DNA of 20,589 nucleotides from Synechococcus sp. (GTDB lineage Bacteria > Cyanobacteriota > Cyanobacteriia > Thermostichales > PCC-7336): positions 1-20,589 of the forward strand of contig JBFRWD010000073.1 of NCBI GenBank assembly GCA_051439425.1. The letters run 5' to 3'. Every line of letters starts with the position of its first letter. The stretch's first letter is position 1. A program made the position numbers and the translations under genes. The notes under the pieces are model-generated. The model saw only the letters and a list, made by a program, of their open reading frames with translations. It made no database searches and had not been told where the DNA came from. Positions 1 to 8,835 of the stretch are shown here, piece by piece.

Positions 1-106
1 ATACCATCAGCTCAGCCATTCAGCCCCCATATCGTTGGACCTGGATTAAGGCGCTAGTTTATCGTTGTCAATCAGTTTGAGTCTTTTCGCAATGCAATTG
101 CATTCG

Positions 107-195
107 GCAACCCGCTATGGAGAGTTTCCGAATCATATTCCTTGTGAATTCAAGCTTTCACCAGTCTTCACACTCCAGGCCTTACAGCGGATTGC
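107..195. mobile_element. 89-bp dispersed repeat with terminal inverted repeats (MITE-like), copy A
   Basis: GCAACCCGCTATGGAGAG...ATTCAAGCTTT...CCTTACAGCGGATTGC. Aligns by eye at roughly 75-80% identity to the reverse complement of 15223-15311, with the same length. Ends are inverted repeats. Confidence 0.7.
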
Positions 196-275
196 TAGAT
201 TGAGCATGTTCTCTAGCTTGTCTCCTACTTCCTTTAGAGATGGCTATAAGTGCTCAAGGTTGCCGATGTCCAGTT

Positions 276-305
276 GCGGGGAGAGCCTCCCCGCTTTTCT
301 TTATT
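276..305 (+). terminator. Intrinsic terminator-like hairpin just past the glgB stop codon
   Basis: GCGGGGAG-agc-CTCCCCGC (8-bp GC-rich stem) followed by TTTTCTTTATT on the + strand. May also act as the 3' stem of the glgB mRNA. Confidence 0.6.
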
Positions 306-327
306 TATTTCAGCAACTGCTTCAGGA

Positions 328-2616
328 TTAACTGCCCTCGGGTAACGCTCGCTTGGGCTTGAGCATCAGGGTAGATAGAGGAGGCAGGCATAGGTCGATG
401 GAATATCCCTGGCCGTGGTAAGCCCATTCATCTGAGTGCTTGCCACCCAGATTGCCTTTTCCAGAGCCCCAAAATTCTATAGCGTCCGAGTTGAGTAACT
501 CCTCGTAGAAGCAGTGCTCGGGTACCCCAATCCGGTAGTTGCTGCGCTCTACCGGTGAGAAGTTGCACACCACAACAATGTGCTCCGAACCATCCTTGCT
601 ACGTCGTACAAAGGACACTACGCCGGAGTTATCGTTGCAGTCAATCCACTGGAATCCAGACGGGTCGAAATCGTTGTCGTGTAGGGCGGGTTCCTGCTTA
701 TAAATCTGGTTCAATACCGCGATGTAATCTTTCAGTTTGGAATGGGGCTCGTACTGCAGTAGTTCCCAACTCAAGTCATCCCAAACATTCCATTCGTTCC
801 ACTGACCAAACTCCATGCTCATAAACAGAGTTTTCTTGCCTGGGTGGCCGTACATGAAGCCGTATAGCGATCGCATACTGGCTAGCTTGCCCCATTCATC
901 CCCAGCCATCTTGCCGATGATGTTGCTCTTGCCGTGCACGATCTCATCATGAGACAGCGCCAGCATATAGTTCTCGCTGTAGACATACATGATCGAGAAC
1001 GTTACTAGATTTTGATGGAATTGGCGGAACCAAGGGTCCATGCTGTAATAGTCCAGCATGTCGTGCATCCAGCCCATATTCCACTTCAAGTTGAAGCCCA
1101 AGCCGCCAACATGGGTCGGCCAGGTGACCATCGGCCAAGCGGTGGATTCTTCCGCAATGGACAGGACGCCGGGGAAATAGTCAAACAGAACGTGGTTGAG
1201 ATTTTTGAGGAACTCGATCGCTTCAATGTTTTCACTGCCGCCGTATTCGTTGGCCACCCATTCGCCGTCTTCGCGATCGTAGTTGAGGTAGAGCATGGAG
1301 GCGACCGCATCTACCCGAATACCGTCGATATGGTACTTGTCGAACCAGAACACCGCATTGGCAATCAAATAATTGCGCACTTCGTTGCGGCTGTAATTGA
1401 AAATGAGTGTCCCCCAGCCCTTGTGCTCGCCCTTGCGCGGATCGGCATGTTCGTAGAGATGGGTCCCGTCGAAATTGGCCAAGCCATGACCATCTTTCGG
1501 AAAGTGACCGGGTACCCAATCCACAATCACACCAATGCCAGCTTGGTGACAGCGATCGATGAAATACATCAGATCTTGAGGGGAGCCATAGCGAGAGGTC
1601 GCCGCATAGTGACCGATCACTTGGTAGCCCCAAGAACCGTCAAAGGGGTGTTCGGCCACCGGCAGTAACTCGATGTGAGTGAACCCTAGTTCCTTAACGT
1701 ATGGAATCAGTTCGTCTGCAAGCTCTCGGTAAGACTTGAACCGGGTGTTCTGCTTGTAATCAATGAATGCAAGATCGGTGCCGAACTCTTCCTGTTTCAG
1801 AGGCACGTCAGTGGACTCGTGCTTCCAGGAACCCAAATGAACTTCATACACGGCGATCGGCTTGCTGAGCGGCTCAGTCGTTTGCCGCTGCCTCATCCAG
1901 TCAGCATCTTCCCAGTGGTAAGAGCTCAGATCGACAACTTCAGAGCTGGTCTTGGGGCGGGGCTCCTGCTTGAAACCGTACGGGTCAGTTTTTTCGTAGA
2001 TGTGACCCTCTTGATTCTTGATTTCGTACTTATACAGTGTGCCGACTGATAAGTCGGGAATGAATAGCTGCCAAATGCCGCTATCTCTCAGCAGTTGCAT
2101 TTGGTGTTGACGACCATCCCACAAGTTGAACTCACCCAGAACACTGACGTTGCGCGCGTTGGGAGCCCAAACCGCAAAATGAACCCCTGCAATACCGTCA
2201 ATGGTGGTGGGGTGTGCCCCTAGTTTCTCGTAAATGCGATGGTGGTTGCCTTCTCGGAACAAATGGATATCAAATTCGGAAAGGCGCGGTGTGCGGTATC
2301 GATAGGGATCGCACAGTAATTCAATTCGGCCAGCCCGTTCGATTTTGAATTGATACTCTGGCAGCTCGTGTCCCGGAGGAAATTGGAATTCGAAATATCC
2401 TTCGCAGCCTTCAAGAGTGCTGCGCTCCATGGGGTGCGACGTTTGACTGCCTAAATCAATCAGGACAACCGATTCTGCGTTAGGAAAGACAGCTCGCACC
2501 GTCCAATGACTGCTTCCATTATTGCCAACCTGATGGGGACCGAGGTAGTCAAACGGATTGGAAAACTGGTTGTAGACCAATTGTCCGATTTGCTCTGGAG
2601 ACAAGGTTGCAGCCAT
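328..2616 (-). CDS. glgB: 1,4-alpha-glucan branching enzyme (GH13)
   Basis: 762 aa. Motifs FAVWAPNA, YEVHLGSW, HPFDGSWGYQ, DWVPGHF, catalytic RVDAVASM and AEEST, LSHDEIVHGK. Confidence 0.97.
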   Translation of the reverse strand: MAATLSPEQIGQLVYNQFSNPFDYLGPHQVGNNGSSHWTVRAVFPNAESVVLIDLGSQTSHPMERSTLEGCEGYFEFQFPPGHELPEYQFKIERAGRIELLCDPYRYRTPRLSEFDIHLFREGNHHRIYEKLGAHPTTIDGIAGVHFAVWAPNARNVSVLGEFNLWDGRQHQMQLLRDSGIWQLFIPDLSVGTLYKYEIKNQEGHIYEKTDPYGFKQEPRPKTSSEVVDLSSYHWEDADWMRQRQTTEPLSKPIAVYEVHLGSWKHESTDVPLKQEEFGTDLAFIDYKQNTRFKSYRELADELIPYVKELGFTHIELLPVAEHPFDGSWGYQVIGHYAATSRYGSPQDLMYFIDRCHQAGIGVIVDWVPGHFPKDGHGLANFDGTHLYEHADPRKGEHKGWGTLIFNYSRNEVRNYLIANAVFWFDKYHIDGIRVDAVASMLYLNYDREDGEWVANEYGGSENIEAIEFLKNLNHVLFDYFPGVLSIAEESTAWPMVTWPTHVGGLGFNLKWNMGWMHDMLDYYSMDPWFRQFHQNLVTFSIMYVYSENYMLALSHDEIVHGKSNIIGKMAGDEWGKLASMRSLYGFMYGHPGKKTLFMSMEFGQWNEWNVWDDLSWELLQYEPHSKLKDYIAVLNQIYKQEPALHDNDFDPSGFQWIDCNDNSGVVSFVRRSKDGSEHIVVVCNFSPVERSNYRIGVPEHCFYEELLNSDAIEFWGSGKGNLGGKHSDEWAYHGQGYSIDLCLPPLSTLMLKPKRALPEGS

Positions 2617-2719
2617 AGAAGTACCAATTTTAAGAGGCTAGGTTGTTATGCAAATGTTAAACCCCCTTGAATGTAACGTCTTATCGCACACTGCAAGGTC
2701 CTCCCATCGCAGGCGCTCA

Positions 2720-3370
2720 TCAGGGATTGACGTTACGTACCTGCCATCCGTCTGGCTTTTTCGTGAAAATTGTGCGATTTTGTGGCTCGCCCTTTAATTC
2801 CAGCCGATCCACTTCAACCGCATCAAACAGCAGTAAGACAAACGTATCTGGGGGATGCAGAGAATCTGCAAGGGGTTGGCTGAGAAATGTCTGCGAACAT
2901 TCGCGATTGCCCTTCGGATGAGGCCAGTACCATAGCAGTCTTGCACTATCAGACAAACGTCTCCACAACTGCAATCGGGCCGCCTGTTGCCAATTATCTG
3001 TCTCTGGGGGGACTTCTGGGTGCTCTGGCTCTGGATGATTGAACTGCTGAAGTGCTAGGGACTGTACGACACCACTCTCTGTCACGATCGTAACCGGTCC
3101 CGTTAAGCGAAACTGCTCGCGAGTTTTCGAGAAGTACCAACAGATGGCTGCGTGGGGATTGCGTTCGAGCTGCTCGAGCTTCTCGCTGCGGCTGTCAACC
3201 GCCAGCATAATGGTGGCACGTTCTTCCACAAAACCACGAAACACAACAGTGCGGTTACGGGGACGATTGAGACCGTCTACCGTTGCCAATTGCAAAAAGC
3301 GAACGCCCCGATCGCTGCGATTGCGATGCAGAGCCCCCAGCAGCAGAGATTTCCAGTGGATTGCGCTCAT
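2720..3370 (-). CDS. Pyridoxamine 5'-phosphate oxidase-like FMN-binding protein (cyanobacterial Npun_F5749-type)
   Basis: 216 aa. Motifs FLQLATVD..PRNRTVVFRGF, DSRSEK, CWYFSKTREQFRL, VDRLELKGEPQNR. Start overlaps the upstream stop (ATGA, 3367-3370). Confidence 0.85.
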   Translation of the reverse strand: MSAIHWKSLLLGALHRNRSDRGVRFLQLATVDGLNRPRNRTVVFRGFVEERATIMLAVDSRSEKLEQLERNPHAAICWYFSKTREQFRLTGPVTIVTESGVVQSLALQQFNHPEPEHPEVPPETDNWQQAARLQLWRRLSDSARLLWYWPHPKGNRECSQTFLSQPLADSLHPPDTFVLLLFDAVEVDRLELKGEPQNRTIFTKKPDGWQVRNVNP

Positions 3371-4419
3371 CGGCCGATTTCAACAGGCTTCGGCACTAGG
3401 TCGTCGGCATGAGGCTCGGTTTTTGCCGTATCGTCTGCAGCGATCTCTTCTGTTTCTTGCTGCCCCCAAGACAGCAATCTATTGGTGAGAGACTCCCGCT
3501 GGTGAATGCAATATACGCTCGCCAAGGTCACCAATACGCCAGCCCACTGTACGTTCGTTAGGGTCTCCTGCAAAAAAATACTGCCCAACAGTAGTGCGAA
3601 TACTGGTGTCAAGAAGGTCAAAGAACTGAACTGCGTTAGATTTTCTCGTGAGGCGCAGTAGAAGAACAGAGCATAGGCCAACGCACTGGTGAACATTGCA
3701 ATGTAGGCCACTCCCCACCACGCACTCGGTGCCAGGCGATCCCACTGGTGAGTCTCTGTTTGCAGCGACCACAGAATCAAGGGGACGCTACCCACTAGCA
3801 TGTGCCACCCTGTTGCCACAATGGGGTCAACGTACTTCTGAATCTGGCGCATCATCACGGTGGCAACCGCCATTGACAGGGCCGCCAGCAACATCAGCAC
3901 CGTTCCGGTGGAAACCGCGATATCGGAGAGAAGCAGCCCGTTTGGCCCCCACTCGGGGGCGATACCAATCGTGACAATGCCCAAGACCCCAGTCAGCATG
4001 GCCAGCCAGCCCAGTCCGCCAATGTGTTCGCCATAGAATGCTGCAGCCATGACAGCAACGGCGATCGGCTGAGTGTCGATCAAGACCGAGCCCAAGCCAG
4101 CCCCCGTGTCCTGTAGCCCCTCAATCAAAAATCCTTCAAACAAGGCACCATCAACGATCCCAAAGGCAATTACCCAGGCCCAAGCCTTCCAACCCTGTGG
4201 AACCAGCGATCGCTGCTCGAATCCCAGCCACGTCTGAGCAAACCACATGGCCGCCAGCACAATAATCCCGGCTGGCAACAACCGCATTGTGGCGATAAAC
4301 ATCGGAGATGCTTCCCCCAGTGGCCCTTTCATCACCACCATCCCAGACCCCCACAGCACAAATGGCATAAATGGAATCAATGCTTGCCAGCGGGATGGTG
4401 CAGAGGTTGATGACTGCAT
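3367..4419 (-). CDS. DMT/EamA family transporter
   Basis: 350 aa, about 10 hydrophobic segments in two EamA-like halves (LWGSGMVVMK..RLLPAG; GAGLGSVLIDTQP; SSLTFLTPVFALLLG). Confidence 0.9.
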   Translation of the reverse strand: MQSSTSAPSRWQALIPFMPFVLWGSGMVVMKGPLGEASPMFIATMRLLPAGIIVLAAMWFAQTWLGFEQRSLVPQGWKAWAWVIAFGIVDGALFEGFLIEGLQDTGAGLGSVLIDTQPIAVAVMAAAFYGEHIGGLGWLAMLTGVLGIVTIGIAPEWGPNGLLLSDIAVSTGTVLMLLAALSMAVATVMMRQIQKYVDPIVATGWHMLVGSVPLILWSLQTETHQWDRLAPSAWWGVAYIAMFTSALAYALFFYCASRENLTQFSSLTFLTPVFALLLGSIFLQETLTNVQWAGVLVTLASVYCIHQRESLTNRLLSWGQQETEEIAADDTAKTEPHADDLVPKPVEIGR

Positions 4420-4660
4420 TCAGATACATCAGGGACTTCAAACTTATGTTAAGCAATCCTTTCGAAAAAGTCTCATCTGTATCGGATTCGTTTCGAATCT
4501 GTATCTCGTTCACTTAACTGCGCGGAACGTCTCAGTAACATGGGAGTCGCGACCAACATATCCCTCTCAAACCGTAATCTGGTGTTCCATGTAGCTATCT
4601 CACCGGGTCCCTCTATCTAGTTTCCCTCTATTTATCTCAACGCCCCCTCACCTCGCCTCT

Positions 4661-6727
4661 ATGCATTACTTTCTGAACACCATTGCCAATACTCCACTGT
4701 TGGGGTTCACCCTACTGTTGCTAGTGGTGCTAACGTTACCTCCAATTTTTGAGTGGCTAAAACTCCCCGGTTTGGTAGGGCTACTGCTAGCTGGTATGGC
4801 ATTGGGGCCGTGGGGACTGAGATTGCTCGATCCGAATAGCGAAAACATGAAATTGCTCTCGGATATCGGCAAAATCTACCTCATGTTTGTGGCTGGGTTG
4901 GAGATCGATCTGGAGGATTTTCGCAAGCAAAAGAATCAGGCGATCGGCTTTGGATTCGCCACTTTTTTCTTTCCATTGGTAGCAGGTGCTTCTGTTGGAC
5001 GGCTGTTTGGGTATGGCTGGAATGCATCCATTTTGCTGGGTTCCCTGCTGGCCTCTCACACCTTGTTGGGCTATCCGATTGTCCGCAAATTGGGAGTTGC
5101 GAACACTCCTGCGGTTACAGCAACCATTGGTGCCACCATCTTCACAGATATTGCCGCTCTACTGGTCTTGGCCATCTGTCTGTCTATCCACCAAGGGGAT
5201 TTCACGGCTACCTCCTTGATGTTGCAGCTTGCGGCGCTGGGACTGTATGCAGCGATCGTGCTATTTGGTCTGGATTGGGCGGGAAAAAAATACTTTCAGT
5301 TGGTGGGAGATGAAGAAGGGAATCAGTTCTTGTTTGTACTGCTAGCTGTCTTCATTGCGGCAGCAGGGGCGCAGGCCATCAATGTCGACCAAATTGTAGG
5401 CGCGTTCTTGGCTGGGCTTGCAATTAACGACGTCGTTGGTCACAGTCCCGTTGAAAACAAGATTGTCTTTGTTGGCAGCACGCTTTTCATTCCCTTTTTC
5501 TTTGTAGGTATGGGATTGATTGTGGATATCCCGGCGTTTGTAGAGGCATTGGGGTCGGAGTTGAGCCTAATTGCAGGAATTGCGATCGCCCTCTTCGGTG
5601 GAAAACTCCTAGCATCCACAAGCGCCCGCTTCTCGTTTGGCTACAACTGGAACGAATCCTTAACCATGTGGTCACTGTCACTCCCCCAAGTGGCGGCAAC
5701 CTTAGCTGCAGCCCTAGCGGGTTTCAGTGCCGGCCTGCTGCCTCAAGCCGTATTTAGTGCCGTCATCGTTCTGATGCTTGCAACGTCCATCTCTGGCCCG
5801 GTATTGACGGCTAGATTTGCCCCACGTCTGACAAGAACATCCACACAAGCAGCCCGCGATCTCGCCATCAATCCCGACCAAGACACGTTCTTAAACTCCA
5901 AACCAGGTAAGCCGTTTACGGTGGTGGTTCCCATCGCAAATCCCAAAAACGAGCGCAACCTCATCGAGTTGGGGGCTCTGCTGGTAAAGCACGAAAATGG
6001 TTCTTTGGGAGCGTTAACAATCGTTAAAGGGCACCAGAGAATGGATGCCCCGGAACTCGATCGCGGACTGGAACGCAGTCAAAGGCTGTTACGGCAAGCC
6101 ACCGAGGTGGGTCAAGAGTTTGGGGTATTGCCCAAGCCGATGGTGCGCATTAGCGACGATATCGCTCGCGGTATTAGTCGGTCGGCCAAAGAAGCAGGAG
6201 CCGATTTGCTGTTATTGGGATGGAGTGACAGCACTCAATTAATGGCGCAATTGGTGGGCAGCGTCGTCGACAGCGTATTTTGGTCTGCCCATTGTCCTGT
6301 TGCTGTGGTGCGGCTATTGAAAGAGCCGGTGGATATCGATCGCATCCTAGTGCCGGTGCGCGATCTGTCAACCAAGTCTCAACATGCCATCAAGTTTGCT
6401 CTGCTCTTTGCCGATACCCACAACGCAAAGGTGACGCTGTTACATATCTTCGAAAACCCCGTTCCGCAATCCGATCTCGATCGATTTGAAACCGAGATGC
6501 TGGCGGCAGCTCAGCAATACGAGCTTCCCGTTCAAACGTCAACTGTGACCTTTGTGGATGATGATTTGGCACGCAGAATCGTCACAGAAGCCAAAAACTA
6601 CGACATGGTCATGCTGCGTTCTTTACGTCGGCTAACTATTGGTGGATTGGCTGTCAGTGATACGTCAAACAAGGTGATTCGTAAGGTGGCGTGTTCGTTC
6701 GTACTATTAGGAGAACCACAGGCTTAA
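4661..6727 (+). CDS. Cation:proton antiporter (CPA2, NhaS5-like) with C-terminal universal-stress-protein domains
   Basis: 688 aa. Hydrophobic N-terminal ~385 aa with LMFVAGLEID, ATIFTDI, GAFLAGL, FIPFFFVGMG. C-terminal USP-like segments VVVPIANP..ADLLLLGW..GSVVDSVFWSAHCPVAV and RILVPV. Confidence 0.9.
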   Translation: MHYFLNTIANTPLLGFTLLLLVVLTLPPIFEWLKLPGLVGLLLAGMALGPWGLRLLDPNSENMKLLSDIGKIYLMFVAGLEIDLEDFRKQKNQAIGFGFATFFFPLVAGASVGRLFGYGWNASILLGSLLASHTLLGYPIVRKLGVANTPAVTATIGATIFTDIAALLVLAICLSIHQGDFTATSLMLQLAALGLYAAIVLFGLDWAGKKYFQLVGDEEGNQFLFVLLAVFIAAAGAQAINVDQIVGAFLAGLAINDVVGHSPVENKIVFVGSTLFIPFFFVGMGLIVDIPAFVEALGSELSLIAGIAIALFGGKLLASTSARFSFGYNWNESLTMWSLSLPQVAATLAAALAGFSAGLLPQAVFSAVIVLMLATSISGPVLTARFAPRLTRTSTQAARDLAINPDQDTFLNSKPGKPFTVVVPIANPKNERNLIELGALLVKHENGSLGALTIVKGHQRMDAPELDRGLERSQRLLRQATEVGQEFGVLPKPMVRISDDIARGISRSAKEAGADLLLLGWSDSTQLMAQLVGSVVDSVFWSAHCPVAVVRLLKEPVDIDRILVPVRDLSTKSQHAIKFALLFADTHNAKVTLLHIFENPVPQSDLDRFETEMLAAAQQYELPVQTSTVTFVDDDLARRIVTEAKNYDMVMLRSLRRLTIGGLAVSDTSNKVIRKVACSFVLLGEPQA

Positions 6728-6768
6728 ACGGTGCAACAGTATTCAGGCGAGCGATTGTTCAACTGCGC

Positions 6769-6793
6769 GATCGCTCAGCTAGCTAGAGCGATC
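6769..6793. terminator. Hairpin between convergent genes (overlaps a HIP1 site)
   Basis: GATCGCTC-agctagcta-GAGCGATC, 8-bp stem with no U-tract. Confidence 0.3.
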
Positions 6794-6794
6794 T

Positions 6795-6875
6795 GTAATC
6801 CGCTACGGAGGAGTTTCCGATCATCTTTGCTTGAAAATCAAGACTTTGAACGATCTCCACACTCCAGACCATACA
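6795..6875. mobile_element. Degenerate copy B of the 89-bp repeat (right terminal repeat eroded)
   Basis: GTAATCCGCTACGGAGGAGTTTCCGATCA...TCAAGACTTTGA...TCTCCACACTCCAGACCATACA is colinear with copy A (107-195) and with the reverse complement of copy C. Confidence 0.6.
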
Positions 6876-6937
6876 ATCGCCCAGAGATTCGGGAGCGCAA
6901 CGACTCGCAACAGATAACAAAATCCTGAGCCGCTGAT

Positions 6938-7594
6938 TCAGGCCAGATTATCTAGAAACTCACCCATCAGGGCGATCGCCTCTGCGGGAATTTCGTGCAT
7001 GGCATCAATTTCGTGAAACTGCACATTTACATCCAGGTCTTCCACCTTACTTCGGGCTTGACGGGCATAGGCGATCGACACCACCGGATCTCGCCGACCG
7101 TGCACCATCAGGACTGGCGGTAAGGGCTCGTTGGGACACTCGATCTCGGGCTCACCCACCCAAAAGCCGCTTAAGCAGATAACCCCCGCTAACCGCGGCA
7201 CCAATCCTAAGCCGACACGCAGCGACATTGCCCCCCCCTGTGAAAACCCTGCCAATACGGTTTTCTCTAAAGGCACCCCCGATTGCGATTCCAATTCCAG
7301 CAACCAGTGCTTGAGTAAGCGGGAACTTTCATCTACGCCTTCAAACCCTTCAAGATCGAACCAGGACCCACCTCCAGGAACCTGGGGATGGGGAAACGGT
7401 GCATTGGGAAACCAGTAATGAATAGAAGGCCGACCCAATGCTTCCGCCACGGGGACTAAATCCCGATAGTTAGCCCCCCAGCCGTGAATCAGAACGATTT
7501 GGGCCAGTTCACTGTCCGAGGATGGAGGATTCCTGGGGGGAAGATCGATGGATTGAAGCGGGCTGGCATCGTTGGTAACAGCGGAATTATTCAT
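6938..7594 (-). CDS. Alpha/beta hydrolase, phospholipase/carboxylesterase family
   Basis: 218 aa. HGWGAN, nucleophile GFSQG, HGRRDPVV (Asp) and AMHEI (His) form the catalytic triad. Confidence 0.9.
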   Translation of the reverse strand: MNNSAVTNDASPLQSIDLPPRNPPSSDSELAQIVLIHGWGANYRDLVPVAEALGRPSIHYWFPNAPFPHPQVPGGGSWFDLEGFEGVDESSRLLKHWLLELESQSGVPLEKTVLAGFSQGGAMSLRVGLGLVPRLAGVICLSGFWVGEPEIECPNEPLPPVLMVHGRRDPVVSIAYARQARSKVEDLDVNVQFHEIDAMHEIPAEAIALMGEFLDNLA

Positions 7595-8145
7595 CGTGCA
7601 ATTGCTCGAAAGATGCTGGAGATGGTAGTGGATGCAATCGCCAGTAAGCCCACAGTCGCTTTACTCGGTAGAGGCGCGGATTGGGCTCAATAATTGTGGC
7701 GAGGTCGCAGAAGAGATATTAACTAACTTTAAAGAGGATGTTAATAGAGAGCTATCTTGTTTGGTTTAGATGTTAATTTATAACTATAGGAGGTCAGCCC
7801 GCCACATCTTGTAGTCTGTAGTGTTCTGATTTCACAGATGGTCAAGAAGCCGGAGCTTAACTTCCTCAGTGCATCCACGAGCAAGTCAATTTCTCGCAAG
7901 AAATATTTCGACTGTTTACGGATTGCACTCTCACCCGCAAGCGGAGGCATAATAGCAGAATCCTAAATTCGGGATCGCCTTATAAGCCTTTAGTTCTAGG
8001 AGGTAGAATTCAAGCCGGAGAAAGCTGTGTGCTTGAATGTAGTATCTTCGAATCTATTGTAAGTTATTCGAACAAATCGGCTGTTCTCCAGATACTTGAT
8101 TGGCAAAATACTACTGTTTTTCCGACGAATGGAGGAGGCATTCTT

Positions 8146-8721
8146 ATGCTGAAAATGGTTGTTCAAGGACGAAATATTGACGTTACTGATTCCATTAACG
8201 TGTACGTCCAAGAAAAGATTGAAAAAGCAGTTTCCCACTTTTCCCATCTCACAAGCGAAGTTGATATTAATTTGTCTGTCGAGCGCAATCCGCGCATTAG
8301 CAACAACCATTCAGCAGAAGTGACCATCTACGCGAACGGTAAAGTGATTCGCGCTCAAGAAAGCAGCGCCAATATGTATGCCAGCATCGATCGCGTTGCC
8401 GACAAGATTGCTCGCCAATTGCGCAAGTTCAAGGAGCGTAACGGGCGCGACCGCACCAAACATCGCGATAAGACCTCGGTGGCAGTCAGCAGACAGCCAG
8501 TAGCTCCGATGCCCGATGCCAATCGCGAGCCCCAACTTCCCCCTGAGGTAGTGCGATCCAAGTATTTCTCCATGCCACCCATGACGGTATCGGACGCGCT
8601 ACATCAATTAGAGTTAGTGGATCATGATTTCTTCGTCTTCCGCAATACTGACACGAACGAAATCAACGTCATTTACGAACGAAATCACGGGGGATTTGGC
8701 GTTATTTGCCCTAAGAACTAA
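8146..8721 (+). CDS. hpf: Ribosome hibernation promoting factor (long HPF, light-repressed protein LrtA)
   Basis: [45 protein letters not shown], and C-terminal [23 protein letters not shown]. Start moved from the track's GTG 8029 to ATG 8146, which follows a strong SD (GGAGGAGG, 8131-8138); 191 aa. Confidence 0.95.
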   Translation: MLKMVVQGRNIDVTDSINVYVQEKIEKAVSHFSHLTSEVDINLSVERNPRISNNHSAEVTIYANGKVIRAQESSANMYASIDRVADKIARQLRKFKERNGRDRTKHRDKTSVAVSRQPVAPMPDANREPQLPPEVVRSKYFSMPPMTVSDALHQLELVDHDFFVFRNTDTNEINVIYERNHGGFGVICPKN

Positions 8722-8761
8722 CGCAGTGCAACGAGGACTAGTCCTTCTCTGAAAGCGAACG

Positions 8762-8797
8762 CTCCACCCTAGCCATTCTGGTCGGGTGGAGTTTTTT
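8762..8797 (+). terminator. Rho-independent terminator of hpf/lrtA
   Basis: CTCCACCC...GGGTGGAG stem followed by TTTTTT. Confidence 0.85.
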
Positions 8798-8835
8798 ATA
8801 TGATGCTTCTTCAAGAAGCATTACTCCCCATCCAC

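Noticed and set aside
1..19. Possible start of a minus-strand gene (ATG at 19, MAELMV...)
   Set aside because: Only six codons are visible, too little to support a call.
65..331. 88-aa TTG-start ORF, and similar ORFs at 6731-6928 and 15184-15490
   Set aside because: They run through the non-coding 89-bp repeat copies and hairpins, with weak starts and no recognisable product.
1012..1668. 218-aa plus-strand ORF and other small ORFs inside glgB
   Set aside because: Antisense or alternate-frame shadows of a well-conserved gene.
7634..7690. Possible internally deleted repeat copy or GTAG-type REP (GCAATCGCCAGTAAG...GGCGCGGATTG; 11-bp match to 15185-15195)
   Set aside because: Matches are short and could be chance; a profile search would be needed.
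8029..8145. N-terminal extension of HPF given in the ORF track
   Set aside because: Family similarity begins at ATG 8146, which has a strong SD.
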